Shown here: positions 1-13,034 of the stretch, one piece after another | Layout: the number at the start of each line of letters is the position of its first letter | Position numbering within the stretch: the first letter of the stretch is position 1 | From: Eledone cirrhosa | Lineage: Eukaryota | DNA: 64,000 nt | Direction of reading: 5' to 3' | NCBI GenBank assembly: GCA_964016885.1 | Contig: OZ024742.1 | Location: 27,962,001 to 28,026,000, forward strand | Translations under genes and position numbers: made by a program | The notes under the pieces: generated by a model | Told to the model about the DNA's origin: nothing | What the model saw: only the letters and a program-made list of their open reading frames with translations | Databases searched by the model: none

Positions 1-535
1 CATCAATCTCGAGTTGTTTTCATTTTAATTTGTCAGAATGCTAGTAATAGCAATAGGAAGCGAGCCTTTTTGTCAAAGATTAACATTTTTAGAGGACAAC
101 TACTTCTACTATTCATACTACATGTGATTCATAGCATGACCACATTAAACTCTCTCTATGACATTCCTCATATATCCTCACATAAAAGGCATTGTTTTTT
201 ATAGCTGTCTTTTCTTGTTGGTCATCATTCATGTATTTTCTATCATTCAGTTTCTTTCAAGTTGGTTTGTTTATATTTATTTATGTCTCATTTTTTTGAG
301 ATTGCCCATATTACTTTGTTCCTCTAAACAGTATATTTTATGCTGCTCCAAGACAAGGAACACATAAAATAAATATTTGTTCAACTTGCTACAACTCCAA
401 ATAATATCTCTATCTCTACTTGTTTTCTATATTTTCCTCTTAGATTCAGTTCTAATATTATTGGTTTTATATTATTTTCTTATAGAGCTCTGCTTCTTCA
501 CCCTTGTCTGTCATCCAGTCCCCAATTTACTATTA

Positions 536-928
536 TATCATCATCATCATTTAACATCCACATTTCTCTGCTTGCAAGGGTGGGACAGGTCCTATCCACT
601 TGTCACGGTCCTTCGTCATCTCCTCCGTGAGCTTCAGCAATCTGTGATCCGCTCTCACCACCCCCGTCCATGTTTGTTTGTAGTCTTCCTCTTCTGTGTC
701 TTCCTCCTACTGGGATTTTTTGATACTTCTTTACCCAGCGGTCATCCTCCATGCGCATCACATGACCATACCATCGCAGTCTTCTCTCCCGCACATTACA
801 ATTTATCCCTCTTATACACAGTTTCTCTCTCAACTCGTCTATGCTTGGTTGTTCACGCACATTGACATTGCACATCCAACAGAGCATGCTTGCTTCATTT
901 CTCTCCAGCCGTCGCATATCTTCTGCAG
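536..928 (-). mobile_element. RTE-clade LINE 3' fragment (subfamily C) with short 3' UTR and (GAT)n tail
   Basis: ORF 603-917 RRLERNEASMLCWMC..RLRWYGHVMRM..GRHRRGR is homologous to the C-terminus of the longer RT ORFs in the window; tail GTCCCACCCTTGCAAGCAG..ATGATGATG. Confidence 0.85.
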
Positions 929-960
929 TTATTATTATTATTTACGGAGGAGATGACAAG

Positions 961-1150
961 GGCGGTGGAATGGCAGTATCGGTAGAGAGTCGGACACCAT
1001 GCTTTGAAGCATAGAGTTACGTCCCTTTATGATCTGAGCTCAAATCCCACCGAGGTTAACTTTGCCTTTCATCCTTACGGGGTAGATAAAATAAAGTACC
1101 AGTAATGTACTGGGTAATTTGCTGGCCTTGTGCCAATAGTAGAAACAATT
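961..1150 (+). mobile_element. tRNA-derived SINE, family 1
   Basis: A box TGGCAGTATCGG, B box GAGCTCAAATCC (GAGTTCAAATCC in other copies), body TTAACTTTGCCTTTCATCC..GGGGT.GATAAAATAAAGTACCAG, end AGAAACAATTATT; more than 10 copies in the window. Confidence 0.85.
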
Positions 1151-1154
1151 ATTT

Positions 1155-1560
1155 ATGGTGGTGGAATGTTGGACAACTTTCTTTGTGGAATAGAGTTGTG
1201 GCCCTTTACGTTCTGAGTTCAAACCCTGCCACGGTTAGCTTTGCTTTTCATTTTTATGGGGTACATAAAATAAAGTAGCAGTAATATACTAGGGTCGATT
1301 TTTTATATTTGATTTTTTCCTGCAAATTGCTTGCCTTGTGCCAAATATAGAAAGAATTTATATTAATGTTGTAATAATAATTTGAAGGGGGAGGGGAAGT
1401 CGATAAAATCAACCCCAGTACATTACTGGTACTTTATTTTGTTGACCCTGTAATGATGAAAGGCAAAGTTAACCTCGGCAGGATTTGAACTCAGAACGCA
1501 AAGGGCTGTAAATATGACACAAAGCATGTTGTCTGATGCTCCACCGATTCTGCCAATCCA
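1155..1560. mobile_element. Two further SINE family 1 copies (about 1155-1350 plus, about 1395-1560 minus)
   Basis: Same B box and body motifs as 961-1150. Confidence 0.75.
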
Positions 1561-2427
1561 TGGCCCTTGTAACAATAATAATATTAACACACACATACAC
1601 ACACTATAATATATCACTAGTCACTTTTATATAAACATACACACATATAAACTATTACTTTATACATACACATACTCTCTCTCTCTCACACACACACAAT
1701 CTCTCTCGCTCTCTCTCTTACACACACTCTCTCTCTCACACACACACTCTTTCACACACACACACACAAAGCTTGACTATGTTTCACAAAATGTTTTCAT
1801 ACACTCAAACACACACACACATACACATGCCATCACATACATTCACATGCCCACATATATGTACACACATGCCACCGCATACACAAGCACACATACACAC
1901 TTACACACATATTTCTTGATAAACCTATAAATGAACACATGCAGCATATACACATATACTCCCCACCTCCCCAAACACCCACACACACACCCACATGTAT
2001 ACACAAACATATGCCACCCTACCCCTGAACAGACACACAGGTTGATTTTTCAATACTGCTTCAGAAGACCCACTGTGTGTGTTATATTAAAGGATTAGTA
2101 TTACCTTAATATGTTAATTTCAATTCCCCTGCTGTCGGTGAAGGTGTCGTGAGAAGAGGGAGAGGTGTGTTGCATGTAACAATAACAATCCTCTTTTTAC
2201 ATCCTTAGCTTGCTAACTAACTTGATAATGAAGGGTCTAACTACACATCAATATGTGTATATATATATAATACATGTATATATATAACATGTATAGATAT
2301 ATATCTACATGTATATATATATATCTACATGTATATATATCTACATATATATATATATATACTCATAAACAGATATCTAAACATATATAAACACACATAG
2401 ATGCACATCCATATATATATATGCACA

Positions 2428-2460
<33 letters not shown>

Positions 2461-2603
2461 CGTTTCTGAATTTGTTTAGCAAGTTTCTTTATCTGAAAAC
2501 GTGTGTTGAAACCGATATTGTTATACTTTGTTATTATAATAAATTGAAGTGAAAGCAACTGGTGCGTGTGTTTCTTATTGGCAACATAACCCTCCCAAAG
2601 TAT

Positions 2604-2647
<44 letters not shown>

Positions 2648-2650
<3 letters not shown>

Positions 2651-4750
2651 CGGGGAGAAGTGTGTACTTAATGATGATGGCATACTTGCCATCACTGACG
2701 CTGATAAGAAGGTAGCTTGGAAGTGTCACTACGAAAGGCTTCTAAATGAGGAGAATAAATGGGAGAAAGACAGTCTCCCCCACATCGACCCAATAGAGGG
2801 ACCAGCAGTGTTAGTCGAAGGTAGTATAATAAGTAAGGCAATCAAAGATATGAAGACGGGTAAGGCGGCTGGGCCTTCGGAAATAGTTGCTGAGATGCTG
2901 AAAGCCTCTGGAATGGTGGGACACACCATGGTCACCCAGATAGTAAACCAAGTCATACAGAATGGGGTTGTTCCGAAGGACTGGTATAGCAGCATCATCA
3001 TTAACTGTTACAAGTGTAAAGGAGATGCCCTAGATAGGTGTAACTATAGAGGCATTAAATTAATCGACCAGGTCATGAAGGTGACGGAAAAAGTTATAGC
3101 GCAACTAATCAGAGAGAGAATTGATCTAGATGAAATGCAGTTCGGGTTTGTGTCAGGCAAAAGTACCACAGACGCTCTTTTCATTGTACGACAACTACAA
3201 GAGAAGTACCTAGCTAAAAGTAAACCCCTATACTTAGCTTTTGTTGACTTGGAGAAAGCCTTCGACACAGTCCCCCGTTCCATTATCTGGTGGGCTCTTA
3301 GAAAACTAGGTGTTGACGAATGGCTTGTGAGAGCTATACAAGCCATGTATAAAGAAACAGTCAGCAAGGTTAGAATTAACAACGAATATAGTGAAGAGTT
3401 TAGCGTAAAAGTTGGTGTCCATCAGGGCTCTGTTCTTAGCCCCCTACTATTTATTATTGCCCTTCAGGCTATAACAGAGGAGTTCAAGACTGGCTGCCCA
3501 TGGGAACTCCTATACGCAGATGATCTAACGCTCATAGCTGAATCAATGACCGAACTAGAGAAGAAATTCCAAACATGGAAGCACGGCCTAGAATCAAAAG
3601 GCCTTAAAATTAACCTGGCTAAGACTAAAGTTATAGTTTGTAGGAAAGAAAATAAGGCGGCGGTCCCTTCCGGGAAATGGCCATGCTCAGTGTGTAGGAA
3701 AGGCGTAGGTAGAAACTCCATTTTATGTCCCAAATGCAAAGTATGGGTGCATAAAAGATGTAGTGGGATCACAGGTAAGCTAACTAAGAACATAGATTTT
3801 ACATGTGGCCGGTGCTCTGGTGCAATAAGTAGCAGCAAGTGCCCACACATACTAGCTCTTTCAATTGCGCAGAGGGTTCTATAGAAATAGTGGACAGCTT
3901 CCGTTACCTGGATGACAAAATCAGCAGTGGGGGAGGGTGCTCTGAAAGTACAGTAGCTAGAGTCAGAACTGGATGGAAAAAAAATTAGAAATAAGAGGGA
4001 TCAGATGTTGTTTACTCGAGAGAAGGCTACGTTGGTATGGTGACGTGATGCGCATGAAAGACGACAGCTGTATAACAAAGTGCAGGGCAATAAAGATAGA
4101 CGGTAGCCACGGAGTAGGCAGACCCAGAAAAACCTGGGACGACATGATAAATTCCGACCTCACACGCTTACACCTCTCCAAGACAATGTCACTGGACCGA
4201 GACCTTTGGCGGTACTCAGTAATAGAGAAGACCCGCCTTACCTAAATACAAAGTAAAACCTACTACAGTCAGTAGGCATCTCTATCAAAACACCCCCCCC
4301 CCCCCCCACCCCATCTACACCGCCCCTTTCAATGTAAAGTTATGTTGGTGCCACAACATCCAGGCCGAAACAAATGAGATCGTGTAGGTGTCACGACAAA
4401 AAACACACAGTCCATGCTGTAAATGTGGCCGTGTGGGCAACACGGTAAAAACCTCCCAGCCCCACACTGTAAATGTGGTTGGTGTTAGGAAGGGCATCCA
4501 GCTGTAGAAAACCCGCCAGACAGTCCACGCTGTAATGTGGCCGTGTAGGCAACATGGTAAAAATCTCCCAGCCCCACACTGTAAATGTGGTTGGTGTTAG
4601 GAAGGGCATCCAGCTGTAGAAAACCCGCCAGACAGTCCTATGCGAGCAAGACAACCACTCTTGCCTCAAGTGGGAAAACCCCCGTCCAAACCCATGCAAG
4701 CGTGGAACACAGACGCTAAACATTGATGATGATGATGATGATGATGATAT
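2648..4750 (+). mobile_element. RTE-clade LINE subfamily A, 5'-truncated; RT plus PHD-like finger, frameshift near 3850, internal deletion near 3975
   Basis: ORF 2562-3884 has NYRGIKL, QFGF, FVDLEKAFD, GVHQGSVLSP, LYADD and CSVC..CPKC..H..C..CGRC; 3' UTR ends in (GAT)n; the 5' end abuts (TA)n. Confidence 0.95.
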
Positions 4751-4774
4751 ATATTATAATAATAATAATAATAA

Positions 4775-4958
4775 TTGTTTCTACTTTTGGCACAAGGCCA
4801 GCAATTACCCAGTGCATTACTGGTACTCTATTTTATCGACCCCATAAGGATGAAAAGCAAAGTTAACCTCGGCGGGATTTGAACTCAGACCATAAAGGGC
4901 CGTAACTCTTTGCTGCTAAGCATGGTGTCCGACCCTGTACCGATACTGCCAATCCACC
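4775..4958 (-). mobile_element. SINE family 1
   Basis: Reverse complement of the 961-1150 family, next to an (AAT)n run. Confidence 0.85.
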
Positions 4959-6079
4959 ACAAGATTTCACAGCTCTAGCTTCCCTTCTTCATAGTCAACC
5001 TAAGGATGAGAATCATAATTTATCTCGGTGGGATTTGAACTCAGAGAACAGAGAGTTGGAGCGAATATTGCAAAGCATTCTATCCAACATTCTACATCTA
5101 CATCTACAAAATCTACCAAATCTACATCTAATTACTAATTAAAGATAAAACAACATAATTACAACTTTATGTTATGTATAAAACTATGTTATTCAACCTA
5201 ATCTTCCTGCTGTAGATTACTTGCAGGTTAGGTTAACTAATATGATTTTATATACAAAAGAGAGTCAGCTGCTAAATCTATTTCTACAATATCAAAATCT
5301 TATCATCATTTGTATACGTAATAACAGTGGACACATTGAAATTTAACAATAGCTAGAATAAAGTTATTTTCAAACGTAATGAATTCTTTCACTTTTCCTT
5401 TTTACAGAATAATTCTACCATATATAGAACTAAAGTTATAGAAATTTTAAATTGTACAAGGACTGTATAATAACTTTAGTTATACCCTTGCAAGCAGGGA
5501 AAAGCGGACGTAAAATGATGATAAATAGAAAACTGGGTGTGTGTTTATATGTGTGTGTTTGTGTGTGTGTGTGTATGTTTGTGTGTGTATGTTTGTGTAT
5601 GTGTGTTAGAGTGTGTTTGTGAATGTATGTTTGTGTGTGTGTGTATGTGTTTGAGTATGTGTGTGAGTATGTGTGTGTTTGAGTGTGTGTGTGTGTGTGT
5701 GTTTGAGTATATATATGAGTGTGTGTTGTGTGTGTGTATGCATGATTTACAGTTGTTTAAAATCAGCTTTTCATAGAAATGTCTAGATCTAGATATGTGT
5801 GTTTAATATCATCCTAATCATCATTATCAATACCATAAACATTTTAATGTCGATATTTTCATGCTTGCAAGATAGATCCATTCCACTACAGCATCACATC
5901 CTTTATTTCTGTCCTTCATCATCATCTTACACACACGCACATATACATACACACATTCACTTATATATATACAAAATACACCTAGTGCAACCAATACTTG
6001 CGTGGAAGATGGACGTTAAACGATGATTATGATGATGACATACATACATCTATATATATGTGTTTGTATATATATATAT

Positions 6080-7074
6080 AAGAATGTAGGCTTCACATGC
6101 AGCAGCTGCGTTGAGAGAGCAAGCAGCAAACAGCCACAGGAAACAAGCACCACTTGGGAGGGCTCTGTAGAAACAGTAGACAACTTCTGCTACCTAGGTG
6201 ACCGAATTAGCAGCGGAGATGGGTGTTTGGAAAGTACAATAACTAGGGTAAGAATGGAATAGAAGAAGTTCAGGGAGCAACTGCCACGGTTAGCTGCAAA
6301 AGGCTTTTCCCTCAAAGTGAAGGGCAGACCGTATGATGCATGTATACGAACAGCAATGTTACATGGTAGTGAGACCTGGGCGCTGTCTGTAGAAGTCTTG
6401 CGTAGATTAGAAAGAAACAAAGCCTGCTTGCTCCGATGGATGTGTAATAATAATATATGCGAACGACAAAGCATAAACGAATTGAGAGAGAGACTGAGCA
6501 TAAGAGGAATCAAATGCTGTGTGCAGGAGAGGAGGTTGCGTTGGTATGGACATCTGATGCATATGAAGGATGACAGCTGCATAAAAAGGTGCAGAGCACT
6601 AGAAGTCGATGGAAGCCGCGGCGTGGGGAGGCCCAAGAAGACCTGGTATGAGGTTATAAAAGCCGACCTTACCCAATTACACCTCTCAAAGGTAATGACA
6701 CACGACCGTGACCTCTGGCGTCACGCAGTAATACAGAAGACCACACCCACCACGGGTACAAGCAGAAGCTGAAGCATATAGACAATATGGCCCACCCCCT
6801 CCCATTGCAAAGTGGTTGTGGAGGTGCCATGTCAAAAAAGCACCCAGCCCACACTGTAAAGTGGATGTGTAGGCACCACAGAACAAAAAAGCACCCAGCA
6901 TTAACTGTAAATGAGGTTGGTGTTAGGAAGGACATCCAGCTGTAGAAATCAAGCCGGAATCAATTTCCGTATGAGCAAGACATGGTCAGCTAACCGGCTA
7001 CTGCCCGCAACAGGACAACCCATCTAACCCATGCTAGCGTGGAAGACCGGACGTAAAACGGTGATGATGATGAT
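6080..7074 (+). mobile_element. RTE-clade LINE subfamily B, 3' fragment (in-frame stop near 6260)
   Basis: ORFs 6023-6262 and 6317-6772 match the C-terminus of 56906-58531; 3' UTR with GTTAGGAAGG.CATCCAGCTGTAGAAA and (GAT)n; TA-flanked. Confidence 0.92.
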
Positions 7075-7081
7075 ATATATA

Positions 7082-7219
7082 TATATTTATTATAAGTAAA
7101 GATAAAAGTTTAAGCAAAGAATCGCTGCTTTCACCTTTAACGGGATCTTCAGAGGATACCGTTAAAGGTGAAAGCAGCAATTCTTTGCTTAAATTTTAAT
7201 CTTTATTTATAATAAATAT
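7082..7219. repeat. Inverted repeat with about 60-bp arms; weak minus-strand hammerhead-like core CTGAAGA..GAAA
   Basis: TAAGCAAAGAATCGCTGCTTTCACCTTTAACGG / CCGTTAAAGGTGAAAGCAGCAATTCTTTGCTTA. Confidence 0.8.
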
Positions 7220-7244
7220 TTTCTCTATGTGTTTATATATATAT

Positions 7245-7287
<43 letters not shown>

Positions 7288-7291
<4 letters not shown>

Positions 7292-7550
7292 TCATCATCA
7301 TCGTTTAATGTCTATCTTCCACGCTAGCATGGGTTTAGACGGGAATTGTCCCACTTGAGGCAAGATTTGTTGTGTGACCGTGTCTCGCTCGTATAAGACT
7401 GTCTGGCAGGTTTTCTACAGCTGGATGCCCTTCCTAACACCAACCACGTTTACAGTGTGGACCGGGAGGCTTTTACCATGTTACCTACATGGCCACACTA
7501 CAGCGTGGACTGTCTGTTTTTTTGTCGTGACACCTACACGACCTCATTTA
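7288..7550 (-). mobile_element. Solo RTE LINE 3' UTR (similar solos at about 7825-8056 +, 22654-23033 -, 31342-31540 -, 38568-38817 -, 43080-43255 +)
   Basis: TTCTACAGCTGGATGCCCTTCCTAACACCAACC motif with (ATC)n start, identical to the 3' UTR of the ORF-bearing copies. Confidence 0.85.
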
Positions 7551-7627
7551 TATATATATATATATATATTGATTTAAAACTGCACTATCCACAAGTGTTT
7601 TTTTAACCTTCATATCATGTCTTCCTG

Positions 7628-7694
7628 TTTTATCTGATGAAAACACAAATATTATTGCATGATGATATTTGTTTTTGAAATGCGCATAATAAAA
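7628..7694 (+). ncRNA. Type I hammerhead ribozyme motif (minimal, palindromic stem III)
   Basis: TTTTAT-CTGATGA-[stem II AAACACAAATAT..ATATTTGTTTTT]-GAAA-TGCGCA-TA-ATAAAA; 6-bp stem I; ATGCGCAT palindrome. Confidence 0.8.
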
Positions 7695-7726
7695 TACATG
7701 GAACTCTTTTAACCATCTTTTGTTCT

Positions 7727-7767
<41 letters not shown>

Positions 7768-9289
7768 CCTTATCGAGCCCTCTTTAGGTTTTAGTCTTCA
7801 CATTTATTATTACTATATATATATCCGTCCACTATGTCGATGACACAACAGTCCACACTGTAAGGTGGTTGTGTAGGAGACACAGTAAAAAGGCTCCCAG
7901 TCCACACTATAAATGTGGTTGGTGTTAGGAAGGGCATCCAGCTGTAAAAAACCTGCCATAGACATTTCTGTATGAGTGAGACATTCCTGCATCAAATGGA
8001 ACAAAACCGTCTAACCATGCTAGCGTGGAAAATGGACGTTAAACAATGATGATGATATATATACATATACACATACACACATATGTATATACATATAGAG
8101 AGAGAGAGGTTCACTTCCCAATCATATGTTCTCAGGTTCAATCCCATTGTTGGGGCATATCGAGTGTCATTTCCCATAGCCTTGGGCTGTCCTATGACAT
8201 ATTTGAAACTCGTTAGATAAAAACTGTTAGGAACTCTGTCCGATGGACTGTATCTTTAATTCCAAAGGCTACCCTTGGCATACCCTATTTCACATGGAAT
8301 CTCCCTGAGAATTATAATAAGGTAGATATGTTTATATAGAATACTCAGCCATTTAGAGATTAAATTAATGAGTAGGCTGTTCCATTGATCAAATAACTGG
8401 ACCACTTACAAATGAAACTGACGTAAGTTTATTTACATTAGTCCATCAATCAATGCAGTCGTTAATCACTCAAAAATGTCATTAATCACTCAACCAATCA
8501 ATCTATAAATCCACCAATGTTTATCTAGTGTTACTGTCGTTGCTTTCATTAGAGTGAGTCAAATTTTTTCTTCAACTTTTCGTTAATTTAATTAAGCTAA
8601 AGTTAATTATGTCTTTCTTGCAACTTCTTAATGAACCCACTAATCTACCAAGTTAAACCAACCTACCAATCTACCAAACTTACCAATCTTACCAATCTTG
8701 CCACAACATTTTAAACTTTCTTCCAGTAAATCATCCCCATCAACAACAACAACAACAACAGCCACCATCATCATCATTATCATCAACAACAATAACAACA
8801 TATTTGTTCATTCTCTATCTTGGTTTCTGTAGCGGCGCCGTATTCCTGTTGACTTTCTCCATCACAAATGTTTATGTTTTCTATCAGTTCTTTCCATTTA
8901 ACTTATCTGCTTCGTTTCCAAAGTTTATCTCAGCTAATCTGATTTACATAGTTCTATTATCTTGCTGTTCTCACTGCGGATTTACAAGAGTAGAACAATA
9001 GTTAGTTGTTGGGCTTTTTGTACTGTTGTCGTTGTTGTTGCTGTTTGTTTGTTTCCTCCTCATGAGCAGCAGTGTGACTTGTTGTTTAGTTGTGTCATTG
9101 CAGAAAGCTTTATCAACTTACACAGACTGCAGGAGTTGATGCAACATATATTTATTATCCTCATCATCATCATCATCATTATCACTATTATTATTATTAT
9201 TATCATCATTATTGTTGTTGTTATTAAACTTAACATGTACAGCTTGCACAAGACAATGAGTTGGGTAACATTGATTTCTTATATAGATT

Positions 9290-10050
9290 CAAGGTAAGAA
9301 ACCTTAAAAGAGGGCTATACTTAAATTAAATTGTCAATGACAGGTAATTTAGGTAGAATGTAACAAATCTTGAGAGAGGGGTATAGTTAATTTGATTATC
9401 AACCTCAGTGTATTACAGTTAATTTAGATAGAACCTAACAAATCTTAAGAGAAGGCTATAGTTAATTGTATTATCAACCCCTGTGTATGACAGACAATTT
9501 AAATAAAAGGTAACACACCTTGAGAAAGGGCTATAGTTAATTACTGTATATACTTGAATATAACCCAGGAACATCTAACAAACAAATCTATGGTAGAAGA
9601 GGCTCTGTTGATATTAAGAATCAATATTTTGATGAGTTTAACCAACTTCAAATTCTATGTAAATAAGGTTTGGATTTTTGCTCATTTCTCAGACATAAAA
9701 TAGTAGAGTCAACTTATATTTGTGTATATAGGACACATTAATCACCCCAGAGGTAGGCAAATAATTTTGGTAGAGAATAACAAACATTGGGAGAGGGCAA
9801 TAGTTAATTATATTATCAACCCCAGTGTATGACAGGTAATTTAGGTAGAAAGTAACAAATATTAAGAGAGGACTCTAGTTAATTAGATTATCAACCCCAG
9901 TGTATAACAGGTAATTTAGGTAGAAAGTAACAAATATTAAGAGAGGACTCTAGTTAATTAGATTATCAACCCCAGTGTATAACAGGTAATTTAGGTAGAA
10001 AGTAACAAGTATTGAGAGTGGGTTCTAGTTAATTAGATGATCAACCACAG
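9290..10050. repeat. Tandem array with 75-bp unit (degenerate at left, near-perfect 9832-10050)
   Basis: ACAGGTAATTTAGGTAGAAAGTAACAA recurs at 9832, 9907 and 9982. Confidence 0.85.
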
Positions 10051-10596
10051 GATAAAGGGTAAAGATCCCCTTCGTTCACAAATAACCATGGGAAAATTCC
10101 ATTCCAAGGGACAAGTCTGGGCAAGGTTGTTTGAAATCACCCATGCATATCAGTCTCCACTCTCCGCATCACCGATGTTGTCCAAAGGAGAGGTAAAGAC
10201 CAATACAGCTTGGCACCAGTGACGTCGCAACTCATTTCTGCCGCTGAGTAAATTGGAGCAACATGAAATAAAATGTCTTGCTCAAGGACACAATACATCA
10301 CTCAGTCCGAGAATTAAACTCATAACCTCACACTCTAACCACTATGATAAAAGGTACCCTGTGTAGTATGTAGAGTGTTGGAACATATGTATGCAAGATG
10401 CTGAAGGTTAATATCTACGATTAAGTACTGACCAGCTCTGTGATGATCTGTCCAATACTTGATAGCAGGGAAAATAGATTTTAAATTATGATGATAATGT
10501 AACTTTACGAGTCAGCCATAGTCTTTTTAGTCTTTTACATTGGCACCCTCAATGTATTACAGGTATTTAGCTTTTATCAATGCACCAATATATTTG

Positions 10597-10903
10597 CAGG
10601 GCCGGATTTAATGGGGTGCAAAGGAGCAATAACCCAGGGGCCCCTGCACTAGGGGTGGGGGGCACCAGCAACGGATGTAGCAATATATTTGTGCCCTCAG
10701 CTGGGCTTTTTAGTTTTAAGATGGTTAGAATTTTTGAATTTAATACCTGAATGTATAACTTTTCAATTCCAATTACTTGCACCAAGCTGACTTTGATATG
10801 TAAAAGTGGGGGGTTTTGCTGTGTATTCTAATTTTTTTTTTGTATCAGGGGACCCCCCAAAACTGATGTGCCCTGGGCCCCTCAAGGTTTAAATCCAACC
10901 CTG
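10597..10903. mobile_element. hAT-like MITE
   Basis: TIR CAGGGCCGGATTTAA / TTAAATCCAACCCTG; imperfect 8-bp flanking repeat TATATTTG/TCTGTTTG. Confidence 0.6.
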
Positions 10904-11066
10904 TCTGTTTGCTCTTAGTGAGACTTTAACTCTTTAGCATTTAAACTACCCATATCCGGCCAAAATTCTCTCACCTAATTCTGATAAAACTGGTTGTAAC
11001 TAGCTGCGCATACTGATGTTAAGGTATTGTTCTCAAAATAGATAAAACAAAAATCACATAGATTCC

Positions 11067-11101
<35 letters not shown>

Positions 11102-11322
11102 GGCGCACTAGGTACTATCTCAAAGAGTTTCCAAGGATGGTTAAAGAAAATTAGTCCAGCCCCGCTTTTTGGAACACTTCAAAAGGCATGCTTGCTGAGA
11201 ACAGCAAGAACCCTCCGATACGTCCTGAATATCTGAGGCTGAAGGTAGTGGCTTGATATTCATTTCAACAAACTTTCCAGTTAAATAACATCAATGACTG
11301 AGACTCAAAGAACAATAATAAT
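11102..11322 (+). mobile_element. Dong/R4-clade non-LTR retrotransposon 3' end in (TAA)n
   Basis: 11102-11236 translates GALGTISKSFQGWLKKI..LQKACLLRTARTLRYVLNI*, resembling the GALG..LQK..LL.TA..LR C-terminus of R4/Dong ORFs; AAT repeats on both sides. Confidence 0.7.
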
Positions 11323-11521
11323 GAAATTATTGTGTACAGTGCTCAGGTGCACTACAACTCATCAAGGTGCATGTATAGTACATAGAATAATATAGAAATG
11401 TCAGGGAAGTGAATAGTGTATGAGTCATGATATACATGCGAGATATGTGAAGTAAAGCCTTTACCATGGAAATATAATAGTAAATATAGAGTAATATAAA
11501 TCTAAAGGGAAATAACTAAAT

Positions 11522-11707
11522 AATTGTTTCTACTTTTGGCACAAGGCCAGCAATTACCCCATTGTATTACTGGTACTTTATTTTATCGACTCCGTAAGGA
11601 TGAAAGGCAAAGTTAACCTCGGCGGGATTTGAACTCAGACAATAAAGGGCCGTAACTCTTTGCTGTAAAGCAAGGCGTCCGACCCTCTACCGATACTACC
11701 AATCCAC
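11522..11707 (-). mobile_element. SINE family 1 (further minus copies at about 14750-14935, 35330-35540, 42503-42610, 59312-59492)
   Basis: TGTTTCTACTTTTGGCACAAGGCCAGC..GGATTTGAACTCAG..CCGATACT. Confidence 0.85.
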
Positions 11708-13034
11708 TAAATAATGACATTTTCCATTGGTCTGATTTAACAAGTTGTTTCACCATACTCGGTAACCGTGTGAGGTCTGGAAAACTTATCATTTCCGTTG
11801 TTCAAAGTGTGGAGCCCTGGAAATCCAACACTATTGATTACATTATATTATATGCTGGGTATCCTGTATGTAATCCACCATAAAGCACAGCAATATAACT
11901 GGCACTAATTTTATTGAAACAGGATGTAAACCAATTAAGACATTCAACTAAATTTAGGGGTTTATTTTGATTCCTTTCTTCAACCTCATCAACTTGGTGT
12001 AATACCAGTAGGTAGCTGGTTAGCCCCCTAGAGGTGAGTATAAAAGACTGAGTCAATTTGGGGAAGGTGAGGTCAAATTAGAGCTTCCAATTGGAAACAT
12101 CCTACTTAACGTTCGACTGGGAATGTAATAACATGTAGATATGTGCGTGTGTGTATGTGGTGTTATGTGTGTGTGTATGTGTGGTGGTGTGTGATTGAAT
12201 TTACGCCTGTATTCAGGAAATTCCATATACAAGTGCAATTGGGCGTGAATGCATGTCTTGTACACACATACGGACACACATGTGTGTATGTGTGTGTCTG
12301 TGTGTGAGTGTATATATATATATATATATATATAGTTATACATTATAAGATTTTGTATATAATTATACATATATATATATTGATATATGCATATATATGT
12401 GAACCTCTCTCTCTCTATATATGTGTGTGTATTATAGAGAGGGGGGGTAAGAGAGAGAGACACACAGACACATATTCATATTAACACATATGCACATATA
12501 TATCATTATAAACACACATACAGACACTCACACACAGTCACACACATGCCTACTCACACACACACACTCACACAAACCCTCTCAAATATAATATTAGAAG
12601 GTGCAGCAGCAGCAGCAGCAGTAGTAGCAGCAGAAGCAGCAGCAGCAGCAGCAGCAATCTACTGTGATAATCAAAAATAAACTTCAAAATTGAGCTGGTA
12701 TCTCCAAAAATATAGGAAGAGCCCACTTTGTAATTAATTGCAGGTTATCATCAACCACATCCAGCCTACCACCTGCCAAATGAGTGAAGTATTCTTCATA
12801 TGTGATTCTAGAATATTCTCCTAAAACAATTTCTATTTCTCTAATTGAAATTTCTAAAGCAAAAATACCAGAAAATTCTAATTTTATTAAAATGTCCTTC
12901 AAATGGAATTTGAAATTCATTTGCAAAAATGTAAAAATTCCTTGACTTATGTTGAAGAATGATTTTTGTTTTTGATATCATATATTTCAGATTTTTGTGT
13001 GGTTCTTTGGTTAAAATAAATGGCATTAATTTCA

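Noticed and set aside
2485-2612. CTGAAAA..GAAA motif with a 16-bp inverted repeat
   Set aside because: The core deviates and the stems do not pair; too weak to call a hammerhead.
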